A stretch of DNA of 64,000 nt from Chrysomallon squamiferum (lineage: Eukaryota > Animalia > Mollusca): assembly GCA_012295275.1 (NCBI GenBank), contig CM022666.1:434001-498000 (forward strand). Direction: 5' to 3'. The notes under the pieces were generated by a model, which was not told the origin of the DNA, made no database searches, and worked only from the letters and a program-made list of their open reading frames with translations. The position numbers and the translations under genes are program-made. Below, in pieces: positions 1-13,517 of this stretch. Position 1 is the stretch's first letter. The number at the start of each line of letters is the position of its first letter.

Positions 1-242
1 TGTTACGTATTTAAATACAAAATCTACACATACGTATGAATTAAGTATTTCGTCTATGTTACGTATTTAAATACAAAATCTACACACACGTATGAATTAA
101 GTATTTTGTCTATGTTACGTATTTAAATACAAAATCTACACATACGTATGAATTAAGTATTTCCTCTACGTTACGTATTTAAATACAAAATCTACACACG
201 TATGAATTAAGTATTTCCTCTACGTTACGTGTTTAAATACAA
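1..242. repeat. 56-bp tandem minisatellite (~4.3 copies, cut by window start)
   Basis: Unit TGTTACGTATTTAAATACAAAATCTACACATACGTATGAATTAAGTATTTCGTCTA restarts at about 1, 57, 113, 169 and 223. Confidence 0.95.
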
Positions 243-2990
243 CACAGAATGTTATCTCGCTGCATGTCGCTTTGACTGCGGGGATGTTATTGTTCATTAA
301 GAGCGAGTAAAGCAACAATCAGCGCAGATTGAATTTCACACAGCGGCAGACACGTTAGATCTTCCCGCCATTGTCCGCATGTGTTTGTACATCCGGCAGC
401 CGTCAGTCAGTGCGATAAGATTAATTTAATTCTGGCCACTTTGCTCGAGCCAGTCCCCGCATTTATGTACTCTGCCTCCCTCCATCAGCGTCTTGTCCCT
501 TTACTTACAGTTTGTCTCTTTTCTTGTCTTCGTGTTTGACTCTTAACTTATTTGTCTGTGTGCGAGCTTATCAATTGGCTTTTTTTTTTTTTTACTTCAC
601 TGTTGTCTGTCTGTATTTTCCAATAGTCCGCCTGTCTGTTTGTTTGTCTGTTCCTCTGTTTGTTTGTCTGATTTCTTTCTCTGTCCAAAATACAGCTGTA
701 GGCTGAAGTTTGGTGGGAAGTTTGAGCTTCATTCTTTAAAGTAAATAATGTTTAACTTATTTCAATAACTTTAGTGTACCATTGAGAATGTATGAGCTGT
801 TATTTCATTCCTTCTCTCTAACTAACTTCCTAACAAATTAACACTTTTATATAATACGTTGTTTCTTCTAACTCGTACCTACTAACTCAGCTACCTACTA
901 ACTCAGTTACCTACTTGTTATGTATATCTTGTTTTTCCTAACCCGTTAACACATAAACACTGTCCTAAACAAAACTCTCTTTTTAAATTCTAATTTGTAT
1001 ATGCTAATACACCTAGCTGTTATTCAGGATATATAACTACCCTTCTAATACTTTTAAAACAACACATTTTTTCTCTTCTAATTCTTACGTCTTAATGTGT
1101 CTATCCAACAGTTACTGAAGAGATACACAAAACATTATGTTCTTTCTCCTGCCCTACTAACCTTTTAACTAACTGACAATCAGAATCATTCATCCATGTC
1201 GGATGTACTTGAATCTTCATCGGATTTTAAGCCGAACCATTCAGTTTGAATGATAATAGTGAGGCAAGTTATTTGAATATCTCTGAATTGTTTTACTAAC
1301 AACAGTTAATTCTTTTTTCTTTTTTTTTTCATTTTCTTTTTTCAAATTCTTCTCTTTTTTTATGTAAACTCATAAAGATTTTACCTACATACAAATAAAC
1401 AAAGCTTTTTGTTTTTAGCGTTTGTTTCATCCAAGCAGCATAAAAACAAAAACGATTCGTTTTTCATGACGGTGCTAATGGTGGTGAGTGAAATGAAAAT
1501 AATAACAAAGCGAGAAGAACAATCAGCTTTGTCCCGTTACACTTATATCTAGATTAGTGGAAACTTTGTTCTTTTCCTTTCTTTTATCATTTTGTTTCAT
1601 TTTTATATTGTTGTTTTTTTCTTTGGAAGTAAAGAACTGATTGTAGGACAAAAAAACGAGGCGTCTTCAGTTAGTCAGACAAAACAAACCAACAACCAAA
1701 TTGCAGCGTGTAGTAACCATAGCAGTATCAGTAACTTGTGTAATACCACGTTTTAATATACATAATACGTACATATATACATTCATACATAGAAACTAAA
1801 TTTTGTATGTGCACGTATGTGGAAGAAATAGCAATAACAGAAATAGATGTATGTATGTACGTCTGTATGTATGTATGTATGTAGGTATATATGTATGTAT
1901 GTATGTATGTATGTCTGTATGTATGTATGTAGGTATGTATGTAGGTATGTATGTAGGTATGTACGTCTGTATGTATTTATGTATGAATGTATGTACGTAT
2001 GTATGTTATTTTTATTTTTATTTTTTATTTTTTCTGTTTCGTTTCATCCGTACGTCTTTTTTCTTTCTGTAAGATAATAAACACGCCGTGTGTCAAGATT
2101 TTCTCAAGCAGACAAGATTCGTGCGAAAATATTATTTTAACCCAAACTATCAGCCGTACAGACACAACTATAACATTAGTCTTTACATCGATCCCAGTTC
2201 ATTTCAACCCGGCCTCTGTTTTCACAAAGAAATCTCAGCAGAGACTGTTAGAAGTCATTTCGAATTAGGAAATTAAAACTTTTAACGCAGACACTTAAGG
2301 AATTTTGTGCATCAGGAAACCAGGGATATTACCATGTTGAAATTGCTGGTTTTTTTTTATTTCTAGTATTCAGGAACAAAGATAAACTTATTTATACAAG
2401 GATGTTTTAGTGGTTCTCCGTTCTTCGTTCGAGACTAAACATTAGAAACGTTTGATCCACGTTCGGTTATACATCAAACTTTTTACTTATAAAAAGAAAG
2501 ACAAATATAAAAAAAAAAAAAAAAAAAAAATAGTAAGGACAAAGCCTAGTATAATGAAAGCATAAAACACCAAAAATAACAATATTGAAAAAAATCAATT
2601 TAAGCAACAGAAATAATTTCACGGCAGTAAAACAAAATGAAACACAACAATAAAAAAAAAAGTCGTTGTTTTAGAACAGTGTGTACATTTGTTTTAAATA
2701 TTTTATGAAGAAAGGAGAAAAGTTGAGCGATGTATATGTTGAAAAGAAATGTGTCTAGAACGGCAGACTGAGGAAATTTGAATGCTTTAAAACTACCAGT
2801 AGAACGCAAACAGATAAATAAATGAAATAAAACAAGTAAGTAAAATAAAAACAAATATAAATATATATAAATAATATAAAAACAAATAAATAAATAAATA
2901 AAGTAAAATAAACGTAAAACAGTAAAATGATGAAAAGCAGTATAACAAACTGCATCTCACCGACACGTGTATAAATAATTAATTTGTGAA

Positions 2991-3224
2991 GTGAGATCGG
3001 TGTTAGTGAGATCGGTGTTAGTGAGATCGGTGTCAGTGAGATCGGTGTCAGTGAGATCGGTGTCAGTGAGATCGGTGTTAGTGAGATCGGTGTCAGTGAG
3101 ATCGGTGTTAGTGAGATCGGTGTCAGTGAGATCGGTGTTAGTGAGATCGGTGTTAGTGACATCGGTGTTAGTGAGATCGGTGTCAGTGAGATCGGTGTTA
3201 GTGTGATCGGTGTTAGTGAGATCG
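2991..3224. repeat. 15-bp tandem minisatellite (~15 copies)
   Basis: Head-to-tail GTGAGATCGGTGT(T/C)A units with no spacers. This explains the LTPIS/TDLTN/RSVLV ORFs. Confidence 0.95.
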
Positions 3225-4044
3225 CCCTGCATCCTTGCAGCGAACCAGTCTGTTTCAGTGTGTTGACTCAGCAGTAATTACACTGTCACACGATCCACCT
3301 CATTAACAGAGTAATAGTTCTAGTTAATCTACTTTGAGACACACGCGTACAAGTATACACAGTATTATAAGTCATACAGAAACAATCAGCAGCACAAACA
3401 TAAACAAGAGGATGTATATTTGGAGAATGAACAGTTAAACATGTTGCAGTGTAAAATGTAATGTCTCTTTTAAATAGTTCCAAGCATACAAAGTTGTTCT
3501 GTGTTCTGAAAAGACAGTAATTGTATTAATTTAAAAACAGACATCTTAACAAATAGAATTTTTTTTTTTTTTTTACGTAGAATACATGAATATGCAAATA
3601 CAATGGACATATTAAAATAAAAGGAAATTCATCTTCAGTGTCATCCAAATTTCACATACATTTTCTCTGTGATTGTTCAGTTTCACAAAACCTTTTTTGT
3701 TCAGTGAGTAATCGTTTTGCTGAAACACGAAATTTTGTGATAAAAGATGAATAACAAATATGTAATCATATACTCAGATAATACTGTACACAGAAATTAT
3801 CTGTTTAATATCTTAAAATATTCTATATTTTCATCAATATTCAGTTTAGTGCTGTCTATAAAACAAATCTGCTGACAGACTGACAGCTGCACAGTTTTGT
3901 GTGCGAACATTAAAAGAAACAGTGAAATATTATTTAGTATAATAAGTACATGATACAGTATAATACATGTAAAGTGAGTATTACGTATTACATACATACA
4001 TACATACATACATGTGTATATACACATACACAGCAACACATTGG

Positions 4045-4322
4045 CTCACTGGAACCTTTAACTAACGCTTTATCAAAATCACTTACATACAATGAAAATA
4101 AAAATGGTGACAAGGGTTCGCCTAGCGTGTGTCCTGTGTTACAACTGAAAAATTCACCAGACTGAAATTTTAAACACGTGTTTAAAACGTCGTACAAAGA
4201 TTTGACAATGGTTTCAATTTGTCCTGTGATATCGTTTCGGGCTAATTTAAATAACAGGTTATGTCTGTTTATGCTGTCAAAGGTTTTCCTGTAACCAACA
4301 AAACAACAGCACAGCTTTTTCT
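4045..4322 (-). mobile_element. Degenerate non-LTR retrotransposon (LINE) reverse-transcriptase fragment
   Basis: Translation CFVGYRKTFDSINRHNLLFKL...IVKSLY...GHTLGEPLSPFLFSLYVSD matches the LINE RT motifs FxDxxKAFDS and QGxxLSPxLF. The conserved Asp and Gln are substituted, and no flanking ORF remains. Confidence 0.85.
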
Positions 4323-5204
4323 TACAACCCGGCAGCCCAGCTGACAAAGTGAGGCTAATAAAACTAACAGTGACCTGATGTTGCGTCACGAGTGTAATTA
4401 TCACGTTTCACACGTGCGTGTCACCAAAACTGTTTCGACCAGCAGTAACAATATCATTTATTAATTTCACCATCGTCAATAAAACTCGTATAACAGACTT
4501 TGAAAAAAAAAAAAAACCCCAGCAACAACATATTTCGGAGCGCTGGTTGTAACGGGAAATATAAGAATGGGTTGGCTGCAGAGGGTTGATGAAGCGCTGG
4601 GGTCACACTACCGGGCACTCGCTGTGTAGAAATAAATGTTCTAAGTCTGCTGCATCATCTGCTTCGACGTCGTTAATTTCAGTGACATCCCCAATTACTG
4701 GAAGCCGTCCAACAGCCAATGCCGCTGTCACACCAGTAATAACAACAATGGTGCTTCTAGGCACAACCAGCAGTGAATATCCACTTAATTTCACACCATC
4801 GATTAGCAGACGAGCATTCCAACTGTGGTGGAAAATTGGAGGTAAATTGTAGTTTAATTGTCAGCTAAACAGCAGGATTAACCGCGCCTCAGACTGCTTA
4901 GATCTAAACAGTCCGCTGTTCTAACCACTTCTCTTTACTCGTAGTCCACAGTTTTATTTCATTTATATTCTTCATTTATTTATTTATTTATTTTATTCTT
5001 ACTAAGATAAAATATGTACATTTGTCCGTTCTCCTACCCTTTAACTTTTCTCACTTCTGTTTGCATACGTGAGTGTTTAAATGTGCGTACGTCTGTTTGT
5101 CTGGTTGTTTGTTCGTACATGTCTGTGATATGTCAAACTAACGTATGAAAAAAAAAAATAAGACTTTGAAACGTTTTTCTAAACGTCAGTTTCAAAAACA
5201 AATA

Positions 5205-5308
5205 CGGACACGTAGAAAAACAGCCACGTAGAAAAACGGACACGTAGAAAAACAGCCACGTAGAAAAACGGACACGTAGAAAAACGGCCACGTAGAAAAA
5301 CGGACACA
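5205..5308. repeat. 16-bp tandem repeat (~6 copies)
   Basis: Alternating CGGACACGTAGAAAAA and CAGCCACGTAGAAAAA units. Confidence 0.9.
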
Positions 5309-5809
5309 TGATATCAGCCGAGCTTAATTAATACGTCGTCTTAATAGAGATTAAGTAAACATGTTCTCGTGTTAAATGTTGATTATCATTAATAATAGCA
5401 CGGTATTGTATTAATATACATCAGCCATTAATAATAAGACTGAAACTTTAATGAAGTAGCCGAGGATTTTCGCAGATAATTATTTGTTAAGAAAATTCTG
5501 TCTCAGATTGGTTCTGTGTGTAACAAAACCAGTAGGAAGCGCATGATTAATGTTTAAAACAGCTAATTATAAACAAAATCAACAACAGAACAAAATACAC
5601 GTCTTCAGTTAGGTAGCAACAAAAACAAGATCAGCCTATTCATCCATTAACACACGCGCATACACACAGACACACACACACATACATACACACATACACA
5701 CATACATACAGACACACACACATACATACATGCATACAATCAGACACACACATAAATACAGACATACACACAAGCATACATACATACAAAGATATATATC
5801 TATGTTCGT

Positions 5810-5887
5810 ATTGGTAGTTGTAGTAGGAGTAGTAGTAGTAGTAGTGGTAGCAGTATCAGCAACAGTAGCAAAAACTATTAGTAACAA

Positions 5888-5921
<34 letters not shown>

Positions 5922-6022
5922 TATAGCTGTAGTAGTAGTAGTAGCAGCAGTAGTAGTAACAGCAACAGTAGCAAAAACTGTATTAGTTACAGTAGTAGTA
6001 GTAGTAGTAGTAGTAGTAGTTA

Positions 6023-6073
<51 letters not shown>

Positions 6074-6262
6074 CAGCAGTGGTAGTAGTATCAGCAACAG
6101 TAGTAAAAACTGTATTAGTTACAGTAGTAGTAGTAGTAGTAGTAGTAGTAGTTATAGTAGTAGTAGTAGTAGCAGCAGTAGTAGTAACAGCAACAGTAGC
6201 AAAAACTGTATTAGTTACAGTAGTAGTAGTAGTAGTTGTTGTTGTTGTTGTTGTTGTAGCAG
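5810..6262. repeat. Compound (AGT)n microsatellite with a higher-order unit
   Basis: (AGT)n runs are interrupted 3-4 times by AGCAACAGTAGCAAAAACTGTATTAGTTAC. Confidence 0.9.
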
Positions 6263-8113
6263 TGGTATCAGGAGCAGAAGCCGCAGTTACTCCGCTAATA
6301 TAAATTAATAATAATAATAATAATAATTTTCGAAATCATTAACAATGAAATATTTGTCTCGATCTCGCAATGAACGGTAATCCTCGAGGATATTGTTACT
6401 TGTCTTGATGGAGACGCCTTGAGGCCCAATTAAGGAGAACAAATTACACAAGGGTTTAAATTAAAAAAACAAAAACACATAGACTTGCTAAAATATTTTT
6501 TCTTATTTTTTTTTTTTTATTTTTTTTTTTATTAATGTTATTTTCTAAGTATATCTTTATACATAACTGATCTATTTCATCTAAGGTCAAACTTTAGTTT
6601 GTTAAGATATTGTGATACACACATCCCCTATAAACATTTATCAGTAACCCTCCAAACACGCGAACTAATACACACAGACAGACACACATACACAAACAGA
6701 GATAAATAGCGAGATAGGGAGACGGAAAGAAATAGAAAGATATAAAAACACTCAGACTTACGGACACACAGATGAATAGACATAAAGCGATATAAAATAC
6801 TGTCTATAGAACAAAGGTGACAGACAAGGTCTGTTACATACTCAAGCACGTTTGTCATTAGCTAAACCTCTGAAGGAATGTTTTTGTTGCATTGTGCCAT
6901 TTCACACAATGAAAGAAGAAGTCTGTAGACGGTCGTTACACAAACGAATTGCTGTTTCTCCAGTCCCGTGGCAAAGTCTGGTTTATGATTTGATAAAAGC
7001 TGATGAGGCTGAAAAGAGTCTGACGTTTTCTGTTGCCTCGTGGTGTTGGCACAAGCCGCACGTGATTACAGGAGACAAATATATACTCGTCGCTGATTGG
7101 TGGAAAAGTGAACCCGTTTGACGTTCAAAGTAATTTGTTTGTAAATTAGAGCAGTCGTAAATTGGTTTGTTAGGTGATGGAGAAATCAAACATGCAGATG
7201 TCGCTGCAAGCGTTTCATACACGAATTACTGCGCATTCGCTTTTTTTAAATCAAATTTGTCTTCTGCAGGCATCACTGCACGCTGATCCAGGTTAATTCT
7301 GATGAAAACTTCTTAAAATCAGTTTACTTAATTCGAGACATCGTTTACGTCTGTTTGCTTTTATTAGGTAACAGAAAACCCTTCAAGCCACGTAGTACTT
7401 CACATTTAGTATACCACAGCACGTACTCGTCTTACTAAATAATATCACATACCAAGCTATAAAACTCGATATTACACCACGTCGTAATAAACCGCATCAG
7501 AGCACATCACTGTACTTTATACTAAACCTCTCCTAGTTACGACCGACGTAAGTACGGACTGAGAGGCAGGGCCTCGAAGTGAAATTGTGCCACGCGGTAC
7601 AAAACGTTCATAATAAATTATTTCAATTTCTTGAAAAATTAACATTTAATTAGAGTACGAATTAAAATGTGCTTTTCTGTTTTTTTTTTTTTTTTTTTTT
7701 TTTTTCAAAATTTGTAATAACATTATAATAATCAATCTGTCTTGCAAAACCAGATTCAGAGTAACCCAGCACACACTGAAACCTCGACTTTCTGTCTCAA
7801 GATCTTGGACTCTTTAACAGTTACAATACACAAAGTACTTGCGAATTAAATAAATAAAAGACAAAATAACTTAATAAAAAATTAAAAAATTAAAAAAATG
7901 TGAAAACAAATTTCTTCTTTTCTCTATTATCATAGGTAATGTTATTATCAAAATGTCTACATTACAAGAATGAGCAGGCTATTACCCTGTATAGCTAATA
8001 AATGTCCACAGTTAACTAGATAGCCTCGTGTTATTATCTTTATGTCTGACAAATGAACACATCACACAAATAGTGGACAGAGAGAAGACGAACGTAATGG
8101 AAGATTTTGTACT

Positions 8114-8116
<3 letters not shown>

Positions 8117-8189
<73 letters not shown>

Positions 8190-8264
8190 TATAAAGAGAC
8201 AGAGAGAGAGAGAGAGAGACAGAGAGAGAGAAAGAGACAGAGAGAGAGAGACAGAGAGAGAGAA

Positions 8265-8343
<79 letters not shown>

Positions 8344-8369
8344 CACAGAGATATATAGAGAAAGAGACA

Positions 8370-8400
<31 letters not shown>

Positions 8401-8522
8401 AGAGACAGAGAGAGAGACAGGGAGAGAGAAAGAGACAGAGAGAGACAGAGAGAGAGAAAGAGACAAAGAGATATATATAGAGAGAGACAGAGAGAGAAAA
8501 AGAGACAGAGAGAGACAGAGAC

Positions 8523-8583
<61 letters not shown>
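8117..8583. repeat. (AG)n-type microsatellite
   Basis: Long AG/AGAC run. Similar (AG)n or (CT)n tracts occur at about 10409-10934, 25879-25959, 28979-29139, 35725-35958, 36768-36870, 38006-38320, 38626-38733, 39725-40076, 40546-40833, 43827-44010, 49630-49710, 50546-50645 and 59491-59612. Confidence 0.97.
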
Positions 8584-8587
<4 letters not shown>

Positions 8588-8658
8588 TCAAATGCAATAT
8601 GTGTCAGTTGTTAATAATCTTGTAGTACTTATACATATATACGTACATCCATACGTCC

Positions 8659-8689
<31 letters not shown>

Positions 8690-9796
8690 CATAGATACAT
8701 ACACACACACACACAGGCAGAAAGAAATTACAGACAGCTATATAAAAGTTATTAAAACAAAAAGATAAAACCTATTGTAACAAATAATGAATAAACCATA
8801 ATTACATGTACTGTCTTCTTTTAAAGTATTCCTTTCTCGTCTGTATGGATCTGTACAAACGTAAGGACGGATTGAAATTTTAACTAAAACAAAAAATTCA
8901 CGATTGTTAAATACTTTAAGAACGCGCGTGAAGATTCGTAATTATATATAATGTCGCATTTCAATTATTTATCACAATCACTGTTCGCACCGTCAGACAA
9001 GGTTAATTGAGAAAGTGTTGTATGGAATCCGTGATTTGTCGTAATTAGTGCTTCACGTGTTAATCACGGCTCCCAGTGGCACGTCGTGTAAAAACGCACA
9101 GTGCGTTGTAATTAGTCGTTGAAATGTTGCGTGACGCTAATGATTTGCATTCGACACGGAGCCGCTAATCTCGCCATACAGAGGGATTTCCCACCATCCC
9201 CCTCCCACCCATCACGTTCGCGTGAAATACGTTAAGCTTCAGAACGTATTAATTACGCTCAGAGAGTTCTCAGTTCGTCCGCTTGTTTGGGAAGCGGGTG
9301 TCACGTGGTGGAGAAAGCTGCTTGTTCTTCATTCCTCGCGCGTAAAACCACGCGGCCTGACGTCATCACAGCGCTGTCGAAAAACAGAATACACGAAATC
9401 ATCCGAAACCCTTCTTCGTGTTGTTTTTCTTGTTTCCGCGTGACAAAACTTGATTAATCTGAAAGGTTTAGACTCGATAAGTTGATTTCATTAATATCAG
9501 TTTAGTGATAGATCAACACGTCCCATGCTTTTAATTGTAGTAGGCACTGAATATATACTTCTTTTTATTGATAGACTGTAAGAAGTAATCTACCCTCTCA
9601 GACATTAATCCTAAAGATCCAGCAATTGAGATATTCTTAATAAGACAAGAAAGTACACATGTTACTTGTGTTTGTGGCCCAGTTTAATCTTGCTAAGAAT
9701 TTTTTTTTGTTTTTTGTTTTTTTTTGTTAGAGGATTTTCGGTGAAAGAAAAGAAAAGCATGTTAAAATGTTTATAATAATAACAACAACAACAACA

Positions 9797-9872
<76 letters not shown>

Positions 9873-10407
9873 CAGGTACCAGACTATTTATCCAGCTTCA
9901 CACACACTCAAAAAAAACGACTTTAACTGAAATATAACTGATATGACGTCTATCACAGACTACAATCTGGAGATTTACTCTGTTAATGTTTTATCTTATT
10001 TGACATTTCTTTCACAGCCTTAGACTCGAGTGTGGCTCCTGTTTTTTTTAATCTTGTAACCAGGAAACGAAGTAATTTTTATAACTGAACTGGAACACAA
10101 ATTTATAAAAACAAAACAGTTTAAGTCTTTCGTTTAATCTTTACTAATGGACGCCAGTAAAAAGCACTTCCGGTCTGTCGAGGCCAGCTGGGGACTTAGT
10201 CTCGATAAATCAGAATCGAGACTGAGACAGGAAGTGATCCGTCAACTCAACATTGTCTGACTGGGCTTTGTTTACTGACTGTGAAAAATGATAAACTCCC
10301 GGATTAAAGATTGTACTGACCCGAACTGAATGTGAACTGTATTAGCCTGTTATGTTAACTTTTAATATTGTTATAAATTACAGTAATTACAATAATAAAC
10401 AGACATT

Positions 10408-10487
<80 letters not shown>

Positions 10488-10604
10488 GAGTGAGAGAGAC
10501 AGAGAGAGAATGAGAGAGAGAGACAGAGAGAGCAGAAAAAGAGAGAGAGAGAGAGAGAGACAGAGAGAGAGAGAAAGAGAGAGAGAGAGATACAGAGAGA
10601 GACA

Positions 10605-10936
<332 letters not shown>

Positions 10937-11818
10937 AAAGCTGGCAGACAGTTGGATGGACCGACAGGACATGTGCACTGCTACTACTACTACTACTACA
11001 GCTTCTATTATTATTATTATTAATACTATGTGCATGTATATATTGCTGAATAACTGAATAGAATATTTCTATACTCTCTCTTTCTCTCTCTCTGTATATA
11101 TATATATATATATATATATTTATTTATTTATTTATTTATATAATAACAGTTACTGAACATTTTACAAAAGTTAACATAATAACTCTACACTGAGCAAAAT
11201 GTAAATAGTATATCTCTACAGTGTATATGTAAATGTAGCTGAATTGATCAAAGATATATGACGTCTATCTGTATTGTACAAAAAAAAAATAAAGTATCTG
11301 TAAAGTAAAAATGTTCAATAAAGTATATATGTAATGCAAAAAAAAAATGAAATGAAGTCTATATTGTATTAAAAATTGATTAAAATTTGACTGTATTGTA
11401 TAACAACAAAAAAAAAGTAAAAATTATACAGTGTTAAAAATTTAAATAATAAAATCTCTCTCGATCACAATAATCAGTATTACATCTTCATTAATCGGAT
11501 TATTCTCTCGGGAGTCACGAACAAAACATCTGACGTGAAAATTCAAGTGAAAGCTAAACACGATGAACTAAACAAACGTGGGTTTAATCCATTCTGCTTC
11601 ATCCAAATTAATGTACTTTCATATTAGGGGTTATTGCATCTAATACCAATAATTTTTTTTTGTTTTAATTGTATCATTTCTACAGCAACACGCGATTTTC
11701 TTAACATAATATTACAAACATCGATCGATGGTTCTGACCAGACCCATCCCACAACGGCTATTGCGTTTCCAATCATTATGGGTTTTATGATTGTTACAAA
11801 ACGTCTTGAAGCGGCTAA

Positions 11819-11951
11819 TGACGTATAAATGTTTGTGTACAAGTTTGCACTGCTGTCTGCACTCACACCTTGTTCTCCGGTCCGCCGTACGGACAACATC
11901 TGCAGTGGTTACGTTTTAGTTTCAGCGACATTCTGAGATTTGAAAACATAG
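11819..11951 (+). promoter_or_regulatory. Candidate promoter (CRE-like TGACGT abutting TATAAA) and non-coding first exon of the LASGLIamide gene
   Basis: TGACGTATAAAT at 11819-11830 and donor ATAG|GTACGT after 11951. A further ATG-less candidate exon lies at 12773-12844 (TTTTCAG...AAG|GTAAGA). Confidence 0.5.
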
Positions 11952-12446
11952 GTACGTGACGTACGTTGTGGTACGTAACTCATATCAGTTTTCAAACACT
12001 TTTCTTTTTCTCGCCGATTTTTTGGTTTTCAGTTTATTTATTCATTTACTTACTTTGTTACTTACTTGTTTATTTATTTATTTATTTATATTGGGCTATT
12101 TTGTTTAGTATCTAAACCTATATATGTATGTATATATGTATGTTTGTATGTAGCTACATATGTATGTATGATTGTATGTATGTATGTATGTATGTATGTA
12201 TGTATGTATGTATGTGTGTGTATGTGTGTATGTATGAATGTATGTATGTACATATGTCTGTCTGTTCCTCTATATGTTTTGGTTTATACAGACAGACCGA
12301 GAGACGGAAAGAAGGACAGACAGAGAAACAGACATAACATTCTTTACAAATCAGTCAATCCTTTTTTTTTTTTTTTTTCTGCACGGGCTTATTAACGTTC
12401 AATTCTAAGTGGTTGTTTTCTTCCTTTACTTTGTTTGATTTAGCAG

Positions 12447-12518
<72 letters not shown>

Positions 12519-13517
12519 TAATTGTACATTTCAAATGTAGTTTATTGATATTTTCCGAAAACGTACATGTTTTCTTGCTTTTGGGGGTTTTTTTTACTCT
12601 CCTTTAAAATCTTTTCTCAAAAAGTTTATTTGATTGATCACGAAATCGGATTTAAATGTAAATTACATTTATTTATCATTTCATTTATTTGCTATTTTTT
12701 TTCGTTTATTCATTCACTTATTTAATTACATACTTATTTTATATTTTTATATTTTTATTTTTTATTTTTCAGATTTCTTTCGACAGCAGTTAGACTACAG
12801 CACACAGAACATCACCGTAAAATCTGAGACAAAATTTCATAAAGGTAAGAAAAATTTTATTTTATTTTACTGATTTCTGTAAGTTCTTTAAGAATCTTTT
12901 ATTAAAAGATATTTAAAATATATCTATTTCATTTAAACCTCAAATCTGTGTCACTTTGTCATTGAAATATTGAAAAATATATCAAATTTAATTAAATTTT
13001 ATGCATATACTAAAATCCTATTAGCTTTTTGTCCAAAGTTTTCAGGGTCCTAACTGATAATTAATTACTAGATAAAACTAATTTGTGCCTGCATCGATAT
13101 CTTGAGTGGAAGATCGTTTTCTTTTATTTCGTTTAATGAAAATGTAGCATGGAGCTTAAATTATATATTCCTCTCTTTCTCTCTTTCACTCACGCTCATT
13201 CATTCATCCCCTCGTTCTTTCTCCTTCCCATTTATAAATAAAAACACTTCGCAATCATCTAACACGCCTTTCATCAGTCAGCGGACATCTTGCCATGATG
13301 TGTTTGATTGAAGGGTTATGCAGAGGTGACGCTGACAACAAAATTGCTTTTTTTCTTCATTATAAATTCGCTGTTGGTGTCTTGATTCTGGTTCAGCTAC
13401 AACTCACCCCCACCCCCACCCCCCACTGCGCTCCTCCATGAAATGTCGAATGTTACAGAACTGCCATTTTGTTTCAGCCAGTGGTGCGGACAAGTCTAAA
13501 ATACGGAACTTGAAGAC

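Noticed and set aside
2991-3224. CRISPR-like array or repetitive protein (LTPIS/TDLTN ORFs)
   Set aside because: The units are contiguous 15-mers with no unique spacers, the context is eukaryotic with no cas genes, and several frames are open simply because the unit lacks stops.
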